Origin: Chrysomallon squamiferum
Lineage: Eukaryota > Animalia > Mollusca
Direction of reading: 5' to 3'
NCBI GenBank assembly: GCA_012295275.1
Contig: CM022669.1
Span: 18,600,001 to 18,664,000, forward strand
DNA length: 64,000 bases
Both the position numbers and the translations under genes were made by a program. Positions 30,634-45,441 of the stretch are shown one piece after another (the stretch's first letter is position 1; each line of letters starts with the position of its first letter). The notes under the pieces are model-generated. The model did no database searches. It saw nothing but the letters and a program-made list of their open reading frames with translations, and was not told the DNA's origin.

Positions 30634-32728
30634 TAAGTCTAAAAGAAACAAAAATCACAAAATATTAATGTTTATTCACATACATCATCCTGTCTCACCG
30701 TGCTTTTTCAAATACAATCAGGAGCAAACAATAAATGTCCGCAACGGAAAATTTAACAATTCGTATATGCACTATTGATAAACTGCAAAATTCTCGGGCC
30801 TCTTAGTTCATACCTACATGCAAATGCAACGATAGCAGGTGTGAAAAAAGACATTTGTATGCTCATGAATTGCGGATTAAAACACGGGTCCAGAAAATCG
30901 ATTTTTAGCGTTGATATTCAACACACAACCCAGGAAATCGATTTTAACGTTGATATTCAACACACAACCCAGGAAATCGATTTTAACGTTGATATTCAAC
31001 ACAGAAAACAAAGAGCGAATCTCAGTGTCCTGCACGTGATTTCGTCCTGTAGACGTAATCGATTTCCTGGAGCGCGTACGATCGATATGCAAATTAACTT
31101 ATTAACAGACTTAACAGCCTGACATTTCTTCAGACTTAAGTTAGTTAAATTTCATTAATTTTAAATTAGTTTAACAGATAGGAATTACGTGAGGTTTAAA
31201 TCAGTTTAGTAGTCTAGTATTTTTCGAACAGGTTTTATTTTTTTAATATTGAAAGAAAGTTTTATTATTCGTTACTAATGATGATGATGTCGACTACGAC
31301 GATGATGAATATGACACTACTACTACTACTATTACTACTAATAATAATGATAATGATGAGATGATGATGATAATATTAATAATAAACGAAATTAAATATT
31401 AAATAGATAATACAAAAATTAAAAAAAAAAGAAGAAAGAAAACCAAGAACAAACATATGAACTTAAATAAATATATGAATAAATAAAATTGTATTACCAA
31501 TTATTTGAAAACAGTAAGTTAATAAAAACGAAATAAATAAAATTTGTAAATAACAATGATTGATGTAACCGAATCTTTTAAATATTTTTGTTCTAAACTT
31601 TGAGACCATTTTAAAACTACATTTTAGATATTAAAATTAAATAATAATAAACAAAGAACTGAACAACGAAATAAATGATGTGCGGTTATAATCATATAAT
31701 ATTTTTTTCTTTACTTTGCATTTTTGAATGAAACGATATTTAAATTGTATAAAATATTGTTTTACAGCTGATATAGTAAACTAGAATCAATCTTAAAACG
31801 CTGATTATAAAACTTTAATTTCTTTTCACTGGGATTTTTTCTTTCTTTTCACATTGATCTTATTTAAGAGTTCACTTTAAACATTTTAATAATAAATAAT
31901 TCATCACCGTTTTTGTTTGTTTGTTTGTTCAAAGTTAAGATGCTAATATCTAAATATTAACGTTACCTGTGAAATATACTTAATTTAATGTTAACAATGT
32001 TTTAGAATTTTGTATCATTGATTCTTTTGGGTTCATTTTCTGCATGTAAACAAGTTCATGACATTCATATTTGACACCAACGTGATCTTTAAATGTCAGT
32101 TGACATGTGTGTCAAGTGCAAAGTTTTTGAAAAAAAAAAAATCTAAACTTTGATTTTCGATTTTTCTCACTTTCATTGGAAAATATTAAAACAAAATAGT
32201 GCAATATTTAAATTTTAAGAAAATATTTTTACATTTAATTCTAGCGATCAGCGGATTCTGAAATTTAAAGCATCATTACAGATGCAGTTTACATGTAAAA
32301 TATATATAATTATATTTACGTAAATACTTAAATAAAATTAAAAAAAAAAAAAAAAAAAAAAAGAGGAAGGAAAGACGAACGAAAGAAAAAGGGAATACTA
32401 GTAGAAAAAACGTTTACTTGATCTTAATACAAGGAAAAAAGAATTTCAATTATTCATCACGAATATTATTATGATGTAAATAAAAAAGTAATTTATGAAA
32501 ATAAACACTCAGTACTCATTGTCTTGTAATAATAATAACAGCGATCATCGTCACTGTTGTTGTTGTTATTAATAGTAGTAGTAGTAGTAGTAGTAGCAAT
32601 CTCGGTGGTAGTAATGGCAAGAGCAGCAGTAGTAGTAAAGTAGTTTAAAATAAAAACAATTTTAATTCTTCATTAATTCCTAACAAATTATTAAATAAAT
32701 AAATAAATAATATAAAAGAGGTAATAAA

Positions 32729-32781
<53 letters not shown>

Positions 32782-33242
32782 AAAATAAAACAAAATAAAT
32801 CCAGAGAAACTTATACAAACAATAAAACGAGTTATTAAGTGTTACTTTTCTAACACAACGAATTCCCAGCCAGACGTTGTGTTCACGTGACTTTACACGA
32901 TGTCGTCTGCTTGCGTTTTTGTCTTTTGATGATTTATCAATCAACTGAGACGTCTGTAATATAAATACATCTTCCACGAGACGAGACAGACAGAATTCTA
33001 CACAAAAGTCAGAAATAATTGCACTCGCACACATCATATTTAATAGAATTTTGGTGAGAAATATTTTGAAATATTTTTAACTGTGATATGAAGACGATTG
33101 GCAATATCATACGCAGATGTCGTGTATGCATAGGGAAAAGACAAAATGAGGGGCTGTTCCAGATTTCTTAAGATCGGTTGATCCCTTGCATGGGGAAGAT
33201 TTAGGGTCTAAAAGACTAAATAAATTTCGTTTTAAAGAAAAA

Positions 33243-33305
<63 letters not shown>

Positions 33306-33445
33306 TCAATTCAAAAACACTGATTGTAGATAAATAAATAATACTAATACTGCTAATAATAGGAGCTGTTACAGTAGCAGTAGTAGCTCTATTATTGGTT
33401 GTACTAGTAGCAATAATACTATTAATATTAACAAAAATAACAACA

Positions 33446-33480
<35 letters not shown>

Positions 33481-34463
33481 TAAAAAAAATAGGATGGATA
33501 CACTTACTCTCGAGTCAGCTGGTTTCTTTAAATGCTGTTAATTGCTTGTGTCGTTCATTCACATAACCATTATTAATTGCTATTATAATATTTTATGCTG
33601 AACATAATATATTAAAATCATTTTATGATATTTATTATTATTTAAAAAAAAGAAAGAAAATGACACAAATATCTATTGACCTAAATGTTCTATATATAAT
33701 ATACGAAAATATTTAAGTATGGAAATAGATAAGTAAGTAAATAAATAAATAAATAAATAAAAAAAAAACCCTCTAATGTACGTTCTTTTAGTCGACTTTA
33801 TTCATAAACTTTATTAATATTATTTCAATCCTTATCACGATCATCATCATCATTTTGCCTTTTCAAAATAAATATTAAATTAATTCATCTTCAATCGAAT
33901 AGCACAACACGCTGGGAATAGAAAGAAATTTGTTTCTCTATAAACAGTTTAATATTATCATTTCTCTAAACAAAGTCAATAAAAATAGTGTCCTTTTTAA
34001 TAACGCTCTCAAATAATTCATTATACAAATATTTGAACATTCCACGTGAACTGTGAAACTTCAAACTCTCTTTCTTTGGATTCAGTATTGTTATTATCAT
34101 TCACATGCTTAAAATATTTTGCAATAATATCGTAGTTAAGCCTGGCAAATCGTCAACTTATCTGCGTTTTGGCACATAAGAATTAAAACAAGCTTTTGTA
34201 GTATTTCTAAACATGCTAAATCAACATAGACGCGAATTATTATGGCAGGTGCAGGGTTTTTGGCTTCGTGATATTTGGAAATCATGTTGAAAAGGATTAA
34301 TTGTAGTTGATTAGTTAGATTATGAATGTTGTTTTAAAGATTATTTGTACTCTATGTTTCCAATACAGATAAATCTATCCATATCTGAATTATGTACTTA
34401 TCAATGGAGAATGTGTGGGATAAGCAGTTAAAATATAAAGATACAACAACAACAACAACAACA

Positions 34464-34506
<43 letters not shown>

Positions 34507-34869
34507 TTACTACTATTACTGTTATTACTACTACTACTACTATTACTACTATTACTACTACTACTAATAATAATAACAATAATAACAACAATACTACTAA
34601 TAAAAATAATAGTTGAAATAAATAAATAAATAAATAAAAATTAATAAAAGGTTTTAAAATTATAAAGCATAAGCTAAATTTCTAAAGAACAGATTCTAGG
34701 CATATACAACACACACATGCAAGACATTGCACACATTTGGAGGCCTTCATGCACTTGTATACTATTATTAACATTATTACTGTTACTATCACTATTACCA
34801 CTTTCAACAGTTACTGTTACATTTAGTACTACTACTATTATTGTTGTTGTTTCTACTACTAATATTATT

Positions 34870-34942
<73 letters not shown>

Positions 34943-35646
34943 TGTAGCTATTACTTTATAGTTCAGTAACAGCAGTAGTTAAACAAAACGATAAAAACTG
35001 AAAGAATGAATGAACGAAACAGACAAGAAAAAACAACAGGACTAACTCATCACAAGAAAACAAAAATCCCAGTAATTAATAAACCAACAATAATTAAGGA
35101 TTGCCTCAGAGATCAGTCAGAGGCTTTGTGCTAACAGATGCAGCAAACAGTGAGAACCAGCGTATTGGAAGAACATCAGAGAGCTGTGGTTTGAGAATGA
35201 ACTGAACCTGCCAGAATTTGAATTAGCTGGTACACGTGTAGTTAGCATTTGGCTTTGACACTCCGAGCTGGCAGCCTCTTCTACTGGCAAAGTCTAAATG
35301 TGGCGGAGTGGATTAGTGGCTGTGATTGCCAAGGTTTCCGCGACACCGCGCCAACGGCAGAAGCACCATGCAACAATTTGAAGCGGTGGTCTTCAGGCAA
35401 ACTGCAGAAACATTCCTGACGTCGACGGAGTCAAGGCGAACTCGGATCTGTTCTTATTTGCGGCTCGAAGTCTTCACACTTTCTGATATAAATAAAACTT
35501 TTGGTTTTGGTTCGTCTGAGAGTGATTTCAGGGACGTTGCGGTTTGAGTTTCGAGAGGAGGGTTGACTAGCAGTACATTTCTTCCCTCAGTGTATATTTA
35601 GAGTAATAATAATAATAATATTAAGAATAATAAGAAACAAATCAAC

Positions 35647-35679
<33 letters not shown>

Positions 35680-36223
35680 AACAAAAACATCTACAACAAT
35701 AATAATAACAATAGCTACTAATGACTACTAAGAATAATAAAAATATAATGACAATAATGATGATGATGGTGATACAGCTGTAATAATAGCAGCACTACTA
35801 TACTACTAATAATAAAAAAATAACAATAATTTTGATTTAAATTGTGTAATACTTTTAAAGTGAAAATAATATTAACAGATAGTAATGACCGTTTCTTGCA
35901 CAAACAAGATAATTATCTAAAACACTATTGTTATTTTATTAAATATGTTTTTTATGTAATATTAAGACTGTAAAATGATGACCCGTTATAAAAAATGAAT
36001 TTCAACAATCTATGCTTACAAGCTTCAGTATTTAATAATTTTATATTTTACATTAACATCTGTGTCTGATTTATATAGTCAAATGTATAAAAATAATGGG
36101 TGCTTTTGTGCCTAAACTACCAGAGTCATATTATTATTGTTTTTCTCTGTATGAGAACATTTAACAGTATATACATATTCAGTAATATTCATTACTGCAT
36201 GGACATGCGCGCGCGTGTGTGTG

Positions 36224-36277
<54 letters not shown>

Positions 36278-37844
36278 GTAATCAATATTATTTGTATGAC
36301 AAAATGTAGTTAGGTTCTCACCTCAGATATCACAATTGAATAAACAAAAATCGCTGTTTATAATCGGTAAAATTAAAATGTGTTAATATGACATTAAATA
36401 ATAAATCGTTAATTATTATTATTATTATTAAATTTGTTGATATATAGCAGTACATCAAGAAACACTTTCTATAATGCATAGCGTTTCTGTCAATGTAAAG
36501 ATTTCATTCTGATATTTCAGGTTGCTTGTTTTGTATGGATTTATTAATTTATTTCTTGCTTTCTTTGACAAATAACGATATTGTTTTATGTTATTATTAT
36601 AATTACTATGCATTTCGTCAGCTTCTAGCATCTGTGTCTTATCTGTTAATATACAGAAACACAGACGTTGCTCTCTATTAATACTAAACTTTTGTTAACA
36701 TTTTTTTCCTGAATAATAAAGAACTTTGATGATAATGATAATATACTGATGATGATAAATTATCGCATAGCAATAATTAAAATATTAATGACAACAAAGA
36801 CGATGATGTCTGTAACAATGGCAATAATAAAACAAATTCTTGATAATGAATTATTATAATGATGATCGTGATGTTAATAATAAATTACTCTCGTCTAGTA
36901 ACTACTGTTGTTTTGTTTGTTCTGTTTCCAGTTTGAAAGTTGTGAATCTAGAGGTGTCCTCACTGTGCGGTTACTCAATTTCAAGAACCCGAAAGGACGC
37001 ACGTACGACGGCAGCTGCTGTGACCAGGTTCCACGACGAAACGGCGTCTGTCCGGACCAGTGTGATTACGTCATGAGACTGATCGTGTCCGGTCTTGGAA
37101 GGTAGGTCGATACACGAAGTTTTTGATGAACTCATCTTTTGTTCCAAATCTTCGACATTAGAATTGTGTGCTGTAATTTTTTTTTTTTTAAATTTGTTCC
37201 AAAATACTGATATATAATAACTGAACCCAGTTTCCTATAATCCACAGTACAAACAATTTTAATGGAAGAGAGATCATTTCCAACAGTATTAACGATGGAA
37301 TTACATCGGATATTTAATAGTAATGGAATAGAAATGTTTTATAATACAAATAATATTAAAGAAAGAGAAATAAATCTGATATTTAATATTAATGGAACAG
37401 AGATCGTTTCAAGTGTTTAATAATACTTAAAATATTAAAGAAATGAAAATATATCCTATATTTAATATTAATGTAACATAGATTATTTCGAATGTTTCAT
37501 AATACTTATAACAATTATTAAAGGGAAATACATATGACTTTTAATATCAATGGAACAGAAACAATTTCTAATTTTTGACAACGCTAATAATATTAAAGAA
37601 ACACAAATAGTTCCGATTATTTCAAAACACCAGAAAGTATTTTGTAAATTAAATAATATTAACTCCAGGCAGAAAGTTCTATAATGTAATTAAATTTTCG
37701 TGTTTTAAGTAACTCGTTTTATATCTGCTATGATATATATCTGAATTAACTCATACTGCGAACAATTCCACGAAAGTGTTTTAGTCAGTCAACGTACTTT
37801 TCTCATCTGTCTGTCTGTCTGTCTGTATATCTATCTATCTATCC

Positions 37845-37902
<58 letters not shown>

Positions 37903-40900
37903 AATGATTATGATGATGATGAAATTGACAACAGCATCATCAAAATGAAAACGATCATCGCGATAATCGTACTGGTAACGATACAGGTGATAATGTTTAT
38001 ATGCTAACGAACATGTTAATGACAGTAATGACAACAACATTTGTCTTCTATTAATATTTATTTTGATTAACAACACTTGCACTTAACATTACACAGCAAA
38101 CATCTTCCATACAAACACCGTGCAGCAACTGAGCAAACCAACAAACAGTCACTGATGGATTCTAACAACACGATACCTGCACAGCTTGTCCAAACGTTCA
38201 GTCACAAGATCTTTCTCTTTACACATTCAACACGATATGCACCTGATGGCGCTCGCAAGGTAAATTAAAGAAATATTTTAAGAAGCAGCTGGTAGGCTAA
38301 GAAACACGAGAAGTCAACGGTAGAGAGTCGATAAGAACTTTAAATGTAAATTTAATACCGAACAGACAACACGTTTTCAGGTCCGGTTTTGTTAAATACA
38401 ACAATTACATACAAAACAGGATCTAGGGACGTCGTCTTTTTTCTTCTGAAGGTAGTGTCAACGTTCCGCAAGAGACACGTTGCCGACTTAATACAGATAG
38501 CAAAGAGCCATGTAAATTTACACGCAGTTTTGGCTAATAGACTTTGATTAAGAATGTTCGATAACGCCGCCGTAAAAGTTCGCTTGAAAAAACAGAAGTC
38601 CAGTAGTGATGTATTTTGGGTAGATATTTAAATTTGTCTACGAAGTCGATGAGTCTTCGAGAGTTTGCTGTTTGCGATTAGAGATGATTGTTTTGTAAAT
38701 GTTAGAGATTGTAACAGAAACAGATCAAACAGGTACTACAGTCAAACCGATTTTAAATTTGTGTTTTTTTCTAGGGTATAATTAATAATTTAGATATTTC
38801 TGACAAATACTTGAAGTACTGTGGTATTTTAAATTTCAGATTTCTCTTTAGATTCTTTATTTTATTCAATATGTTTCTCCAGTATGTGTAAAAACTTAAA
38901 ATCAAAGGTGAAATAATTAAAAGACTGATCTGCGTTACTCTTGCCAGACCAAAACATCTACGACGTACAATTTAGATTTCCTTTTTTAATTCTGTTCATA
39001 ACATTGTCAAACAACCACTTTTTATTCCATGCTGTACACAATTAATAAGTTCTTTGATAGTTACATTTCTCTTAACAGGACGATGTAATTATGATAAAAG
39101 ATATGACAATGACTAACGTGACTGATGTAGTCAAATCTATTCCTGTTAATTATCAAGCCTTTTGGTAGCGTATTCATCAATTTTTTTTTCCGCGACAAAT
39201 TTATATAGGTTTTGAAAAACAATTACATATGCTTGGTGCAAGATGCTGGTAAATGTTTGAGTCAGAGATATAACACTTTTCAGTCATGATGTTAAACAGC
39301 CGCTGATTTCCTTTATTAATTTCTGTAATATCACATCCCAGATACAAATTAAATTTATGAAGCTTTTAAATCATATTCACGCTAACGAAGGTATGACAGA
39401 CGTAATTAACTTTAAGAATTTTTAAAGAAAATGATTCTCGGACACAACTATTACCAATGTTTCTACGTTTGAAATCGAATCAGAATCTAGCGGAAACTCT
39501 TCATACCAGATCTCAGAAATCGCGACATGTGCTGTGCGAAAAATCGAACCTTAAAGATGTCGGAGTAAGCTGTACAAAGTTACCCAAGGGTTGAAGCTGA
39601 TCTCACTGGGGTCCATTCTCGAGATCTGAGTTCATTGCTGACATTTTCAAGTGGATTAAGTTTTGGACGGAGTAACAGTCAAAGCAACGGAGGAATCCAA
39701 GGACCGTGAAGGAAATCTCCGACTTCAAGCTTTTGTACACTAAATTGGATCATTATCTTGTTAATCTATTATTCCACCAGGAAGTTTGGTTGTGCAAGAA
39801 GTACACGAACAATTCTAGCAGAGACATTGTTCAGATGTCATCTGTTGTCAAGGTTCGAAAAAAACAACAACAGAATAAAAATGCCAAAAAACATCAAAAA
39901 AAAAAAAAAAGATTTTAGATTCTTCGGACCATTATGGAGTATTCAAAGGTTATCGAATTTTAGCTCAGTTTTTATTTTTATTTTTATTTTTTCATTTTTT
40001 TTTTTTATTTGGTTCACTTCTTCAAAATTAGTTAAAAGGCAATGTTTTTGAGCAATAAGTCTATAGCTGCCGTACCACTAAATGTGTCATTTCAGAAAAT
40101 ATAATAATATATATGGAAACAGTTACAAAAAAAATAAAATAATAGAAAATAGAAGATACGGCTAACTTTCAAACTAAATAAAATTATTATAATGATATAA
40201 TAAAAAATAAATAAAATAAAATAAGATAAAATATGATATTATAAGATAAGATTGGACAAGATACGGTAAAATAAAACAAAATAATTCATTTCAACTAAAG
40301 GAATTAAGTCCATTTCAGAATAAAAACCGAACTAGGAAAATAGCACACAATTTCATAAAAAAAAAAATTACCATCATAAATATGTTGAAAACTGACTACA
40401 GTTTACTGTAAGTAAAATGTTTGTCTAACACGTGGCACCACGCTTAACTGAACAGCCAGAGCTGGAACACACAGACTTTGCTGAAAAGACTTATTAGTTT
40501 AAATGAATGAATAAATGAATGAATGAATGAATGAATGAACGAATGAACGAACGAACGAATGAACGAATGAACGAACGAACGAACGAACGAATGGATAAAT
40601 GACTAATAACATCACATCAACTTTCAGTAATAACGTCTGTTAGGTACTTATCATACTTTTCGTATGAAATTATAATATGAGAGAGGAAACACGATATCAC
40701 GCCTACTTGTAAACAGTGCGATGTCTTAGATAACTGCTGTGGTTTTAATTCTTTATAACGTTTTGAATATTAACATATTCATACTGTACATATATACAAA
40801 CATTCAGCTATACTTACGTGCATGCATAAATACATACCTATATATACCTGTGTATACATACATACGTACATATATGCGTATATACATACATATACTAGTA

Positions 40901-41137
40901 CATCACACGCACCATATATATGCTCACATACATATGCATATTTGCAAACACACACACACACATCCACATATATATACACATATTAGGCAACCTTTTTTAA
41001 AGTTGAAACACATGAAAATAATTCAAAATCAAACAAGTAAAGTAGCAAACATAAAATGAATCGGTTCAAACACTTCGACTTTTAAAAAGATTGCGTACCT
41101 AATATGTGTATGTGTCTGTTTGCGGGTACATAAGTGG

Positions 41138-41206
<69 letters not shown>

Positions 41207-41485
41207 TAGGCATATAGAATATTCTTCATGAATTTAGAATATCAGTACAATGTAATATTATTTTTCATCCGTCTTTTTTAAAAGTTAGAGAAAAAAGAAA
41301 GATAAATATATAAAGAAAGAAATACAGAGAATAAATGCTATTCAATCTAACAAATAAAAATTGTCGTAATTATAAATAAATGAATAAATAAACAATGAAA
41401 CAAATATGTAAATAAATAAAGAAATGTATAGAGATATAGAGATAGATCGACAGATATAGATATATAGATAAATTAAACAGACAAA

Positions 41486-41520
<35 letters not shown>

Positions 41521-42532
41521 ACCAACATCTCTGTAGGTTGAAAATACCTGACATGCTCTAGCCCAGTATTTCATTACAGATTTATCTTATGTTCACTGAA
41601 TTATCTGTCATCAAATTTTGATTCAGATTTGTAGGTCCCCTGAGAAAGGTTAAAGGTAACGCATTATGACGTCATTAACAACTGAGATTGACGTTTGTTT
41701 ACTATTCCGTAACTATGTTGTTTACGTTTTTGTTTTCTCGTTCTGAGTTACGTGAATATTTTTCTGTTTGGATAATTATGCTGTTTTAACGAAAGGTAAC
41801 CTAAAATTATTACAGTACACGATCAAATATATACGAATAATTAACGACAGAAAGTTTTCTCTTTGATATCATCAAGTTTGAGACGTAGTAACTCTACATA
41901 TTGTTGATGATATCTGAATTCGTTCTTCGTTCATTCTTGCCTTCGTTCATTCCTTCGATCCTTCATTCATAAATCTCTCATAGCCTTTAAAAAGTATTGC
42001 TGAGTAAAATATTTAACCCTCATCAATGCAAAAAGTCAGTGCAGATGTCCGCAGCAATCAGTGCGGATTGACTAATTAACTTTACCTGAACCATTACACT
42101 TGATAGTGTCAAAGTTTCATTCTGAAAATAAACAACAGAACATAATTACCTTCACTAACAGTTTGATTTTCTGGCAGCTAGGATGTTTACAGATTTCCGA
42201 TTTCTCATCATGATGCTGTGCTTTGATTCTGTTTTTAACTACATATATACAGATTGTTCCATAAGTGGAAATATTTTTTGAAATAAATTGTTAGTTTGCA
42301 TTTTGGTAAATTTTTAAAATTCCGAAGGTTTTATGCAGACTCGTCTAAATTTAGGTTAAACCGTTAGTGTGAATTAATATTGTTGGATTTAAAATGTTAG
42401 TGCGGTCAGAACTAGGTAATATGGGATTCATAAACAAAAGCATGCAGAACTTTGTAAAATGAAATGATGTAATATATTTATTTTAAAATATGAAACTGTT
42501 TTGGATTTTGTTTATAATGGATTTTATTTCAA

Positions 42533-42587
<55 letters not shown>

Positions 42588-43507
42588 GTTGTTGTTGTTT
42601 TTGGTTATGATGATGATGTTGTTGTTAATGTGTTACTGGTGTTTTCATTGTTGATGTTGGTTTTGCTGTTGATAATGATGTTGTTAATGTCTTTTTGGCT
42701 GCTACAATTACTGTCATTATTATTATTATCATTATTACTGCTACAGTTTCCAAGATTTTTTATTTTTTATTTTGTTCAATTATTATTATTTTTTTTTTTA
42801 ACTTTTTGAGTTTTATTTCTCCATCATTGACAATCTGATTTTAACTAAGACAAATGAATGCATTTCTTTTTATTGAAAGTACTGTCAAATACTGATGTCA
42901 GTGTACTCATGTGCTTGTATGCTTGTGGTGAGTGTATGTATGTGTTTAGATACGTGTGTTTATGGATACTTACGTGTGCATGTTTTAACAGGAGAGCGCA
43001 TGTCTGTTTGCGAGTATGTGTGTATGCATGGATATATGTATGTGGATGTATTTATATATATATGTGTATGTATGTATGTATGTATGTATCATTATGTATA
43101 TATGTTTATATGTATATGGTTATATTTGTACCAAACCTCGTAGACCTACGCGTATATAATTATCCTTTTATTTTATTATCTTGTATTGTGTGATTTGATT
43201 TTAAATCTTAATAAGAAACATAGAAAAGCAATAGTTTTAATAAAACATCGATGACATCTGTTTTGTAATTTTCTAAAAGTTAAATAATATTTGAATGTTA
43301 AAAGTTTTTTTAGAAACTATTTTATTTTTAAATGTTAAAACAAAGTTTTTACATTTTATCAAAAGTTAAAAACAAAAGTTAAAAACTGTTGAAAAAATAT
43401 ATGTCATGTTAGGTTTAGAGCTAATAAATGATCTATATACAACATATGGAGAAAGTAGAGTTATATAGAGTTTATAACTAGTTTTGTTTTTTTGTGGGTG
43501 CATTTAT

Positions 43508-43549
<42 letters not shown>

Positions 43550-45382
43550 ACAATGACAATTCGGAAAATGGGAGTATAAAAGACTTCTATTCGCTAAACA
43601 GGAACCCACAGACAGTTCAGTTTAATCCAAACTACACCTGTAGTCTTCGGGGAATTCAGTTCCCGAAATCCTGTTGTCACAACTGCCACGATCCTTCGCA
43701 GAAATCACACTGCAAACTGGACAATATTTTCACGACTCGAAATCGTAAATCCTCGATTGACGCTGTCTGATCTCCGATGGTCAGTCCGTTGTTGAACTTC
43801 GACAAACATTCGTCACAGCAAATATTGGACTGTGAAAGACTTCATAATGCCACTGTTTTATCTGGTTTTAATACGGATTTATCGCTGCAGCATTTGACCA
43901 TGGCCAACGCCAGTGAGAGAGATTTTGAAACAAAAAAGCATCAATTTTGAAGCTTTTCTTTTATCTGTGTGATAACATGGCGAGTATGCGGCAACACACG
44001 AGTGGGATGTCTATGTTTTACATACGCAGAGATAGACTCGGAAAGTGACGTTAGTTTGAACTGGCCCGCCTAGTTTAATTATTTAGACGGAATAAATTGA
44101 AGTGTGGTGACGTCCTCAGGAATGGTGATGTTTCAGATGACTGTTTCAGTAAATGTAGTGAGACTGCAATAGAAAAAAAGTAACACAGAAACAAACTAAA
44201 AAAAATTCACACACACACAATCGTACGCACGCACACACATGCATACACGATATATATACACGGTTACACATGACCCAACACACATATATACAACAAACAC
44301 ATACATATATACACACAAACAAAGTTGTGTTGATGCCGAAAGTAACGTCTTCCATACATGCGGGCGAATGGGTGTCAAAACGAAAGCAGCGAGATCTGCC
44401 GGGTTTGTGAGGTCGAGATTGGACTTTGTCCTCCTGCGCCAGTGCGTTTTCCAATGTTGTTTATATGCAGAGACTAATCAGACGTACATACGACAAAGAA
44501 TACTCAAAATCTTAAAATACATACATACATATACACACGAACAGACTCTAATTTATATATCATGTACAGTTTAGGAAAATGTTTTTAATCTTTTACTTCA
44601 GTTTCGAAACTAATCATGGTATCTAATTTCATAAATGATTGTGGCCACTAGAAACACATTCCATTAAATTTCAAGTTAATATTATTTATTCCTTTCTAGA
44701 TTAAATAATATACACCAAAAGTTGATAAATGCATACTCATTTGATCATATTTGTTACTTATGATATTTTATTTCTCTCTTTATTAGTTTTAAACATTAAT
44801 AGTAACTACAGAATGCATGCCCTCCCCTTTTTAACCTTACAGCTCCGCTCCTGCAAGGTATATGCCCCGATGACGAAAAACAATATCATAAAACATCTAT
44901 AAGGATTAACATTCTGATAACAAATCCTAGATTTCAAAGTGTATATATAAACGGCTCCAGAATATCTCTAAATATATTTCTCTTGACATGCCCGTCATAT
45001 TTGACAATGTCAGACACAAACAAAACAAAACTTGCAAACGCATGTTCATTATGTGTGCACAGAGGATGAAGTTTCTCACTAATACAAAAAAATGTGGTAA
45101 GCAAATTTACAAAATGCGTTTAAAACGTGAGAAAGCGCGAATAACGGGACCTCCAGTTAGGTCTGTACAACTTTGTATATATGAAGATGTCTACAACAGA
45201 GAGCAGCTTCCGAGCTTGTTCATGTAATATTGGCTTCAACTGACATCGCTATCATTATCTGTAATTGTCTTAGTTTACAGTTCTCTGTTTGATTTTATCA
45301 TTGACTGCAATGATAGATGCTGCTTCTTTTATGTTAAAACAAGTTTTCAGTACATGATCATATTGTATTTTCTCCTTTATAT

Positions 45383-45441
<59 letters not shown>

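Noticed and set aside
30890-31004. CRISPR-like appearance of ~39-bp repeats
   Set aside because: Units are head-to-tail with no unique spacers, there are no cas genes, and the context is a eukaryotic intron.
45070-45135. Su(H)/CSL-like sites (TTCTCAC near 45073, CGTGAGAA near 45126) as a paired site
   Set aside because: Orientation and spacing do not match the head-to-head paired-site geometry, and single sites are expected by chance in 64 kb.
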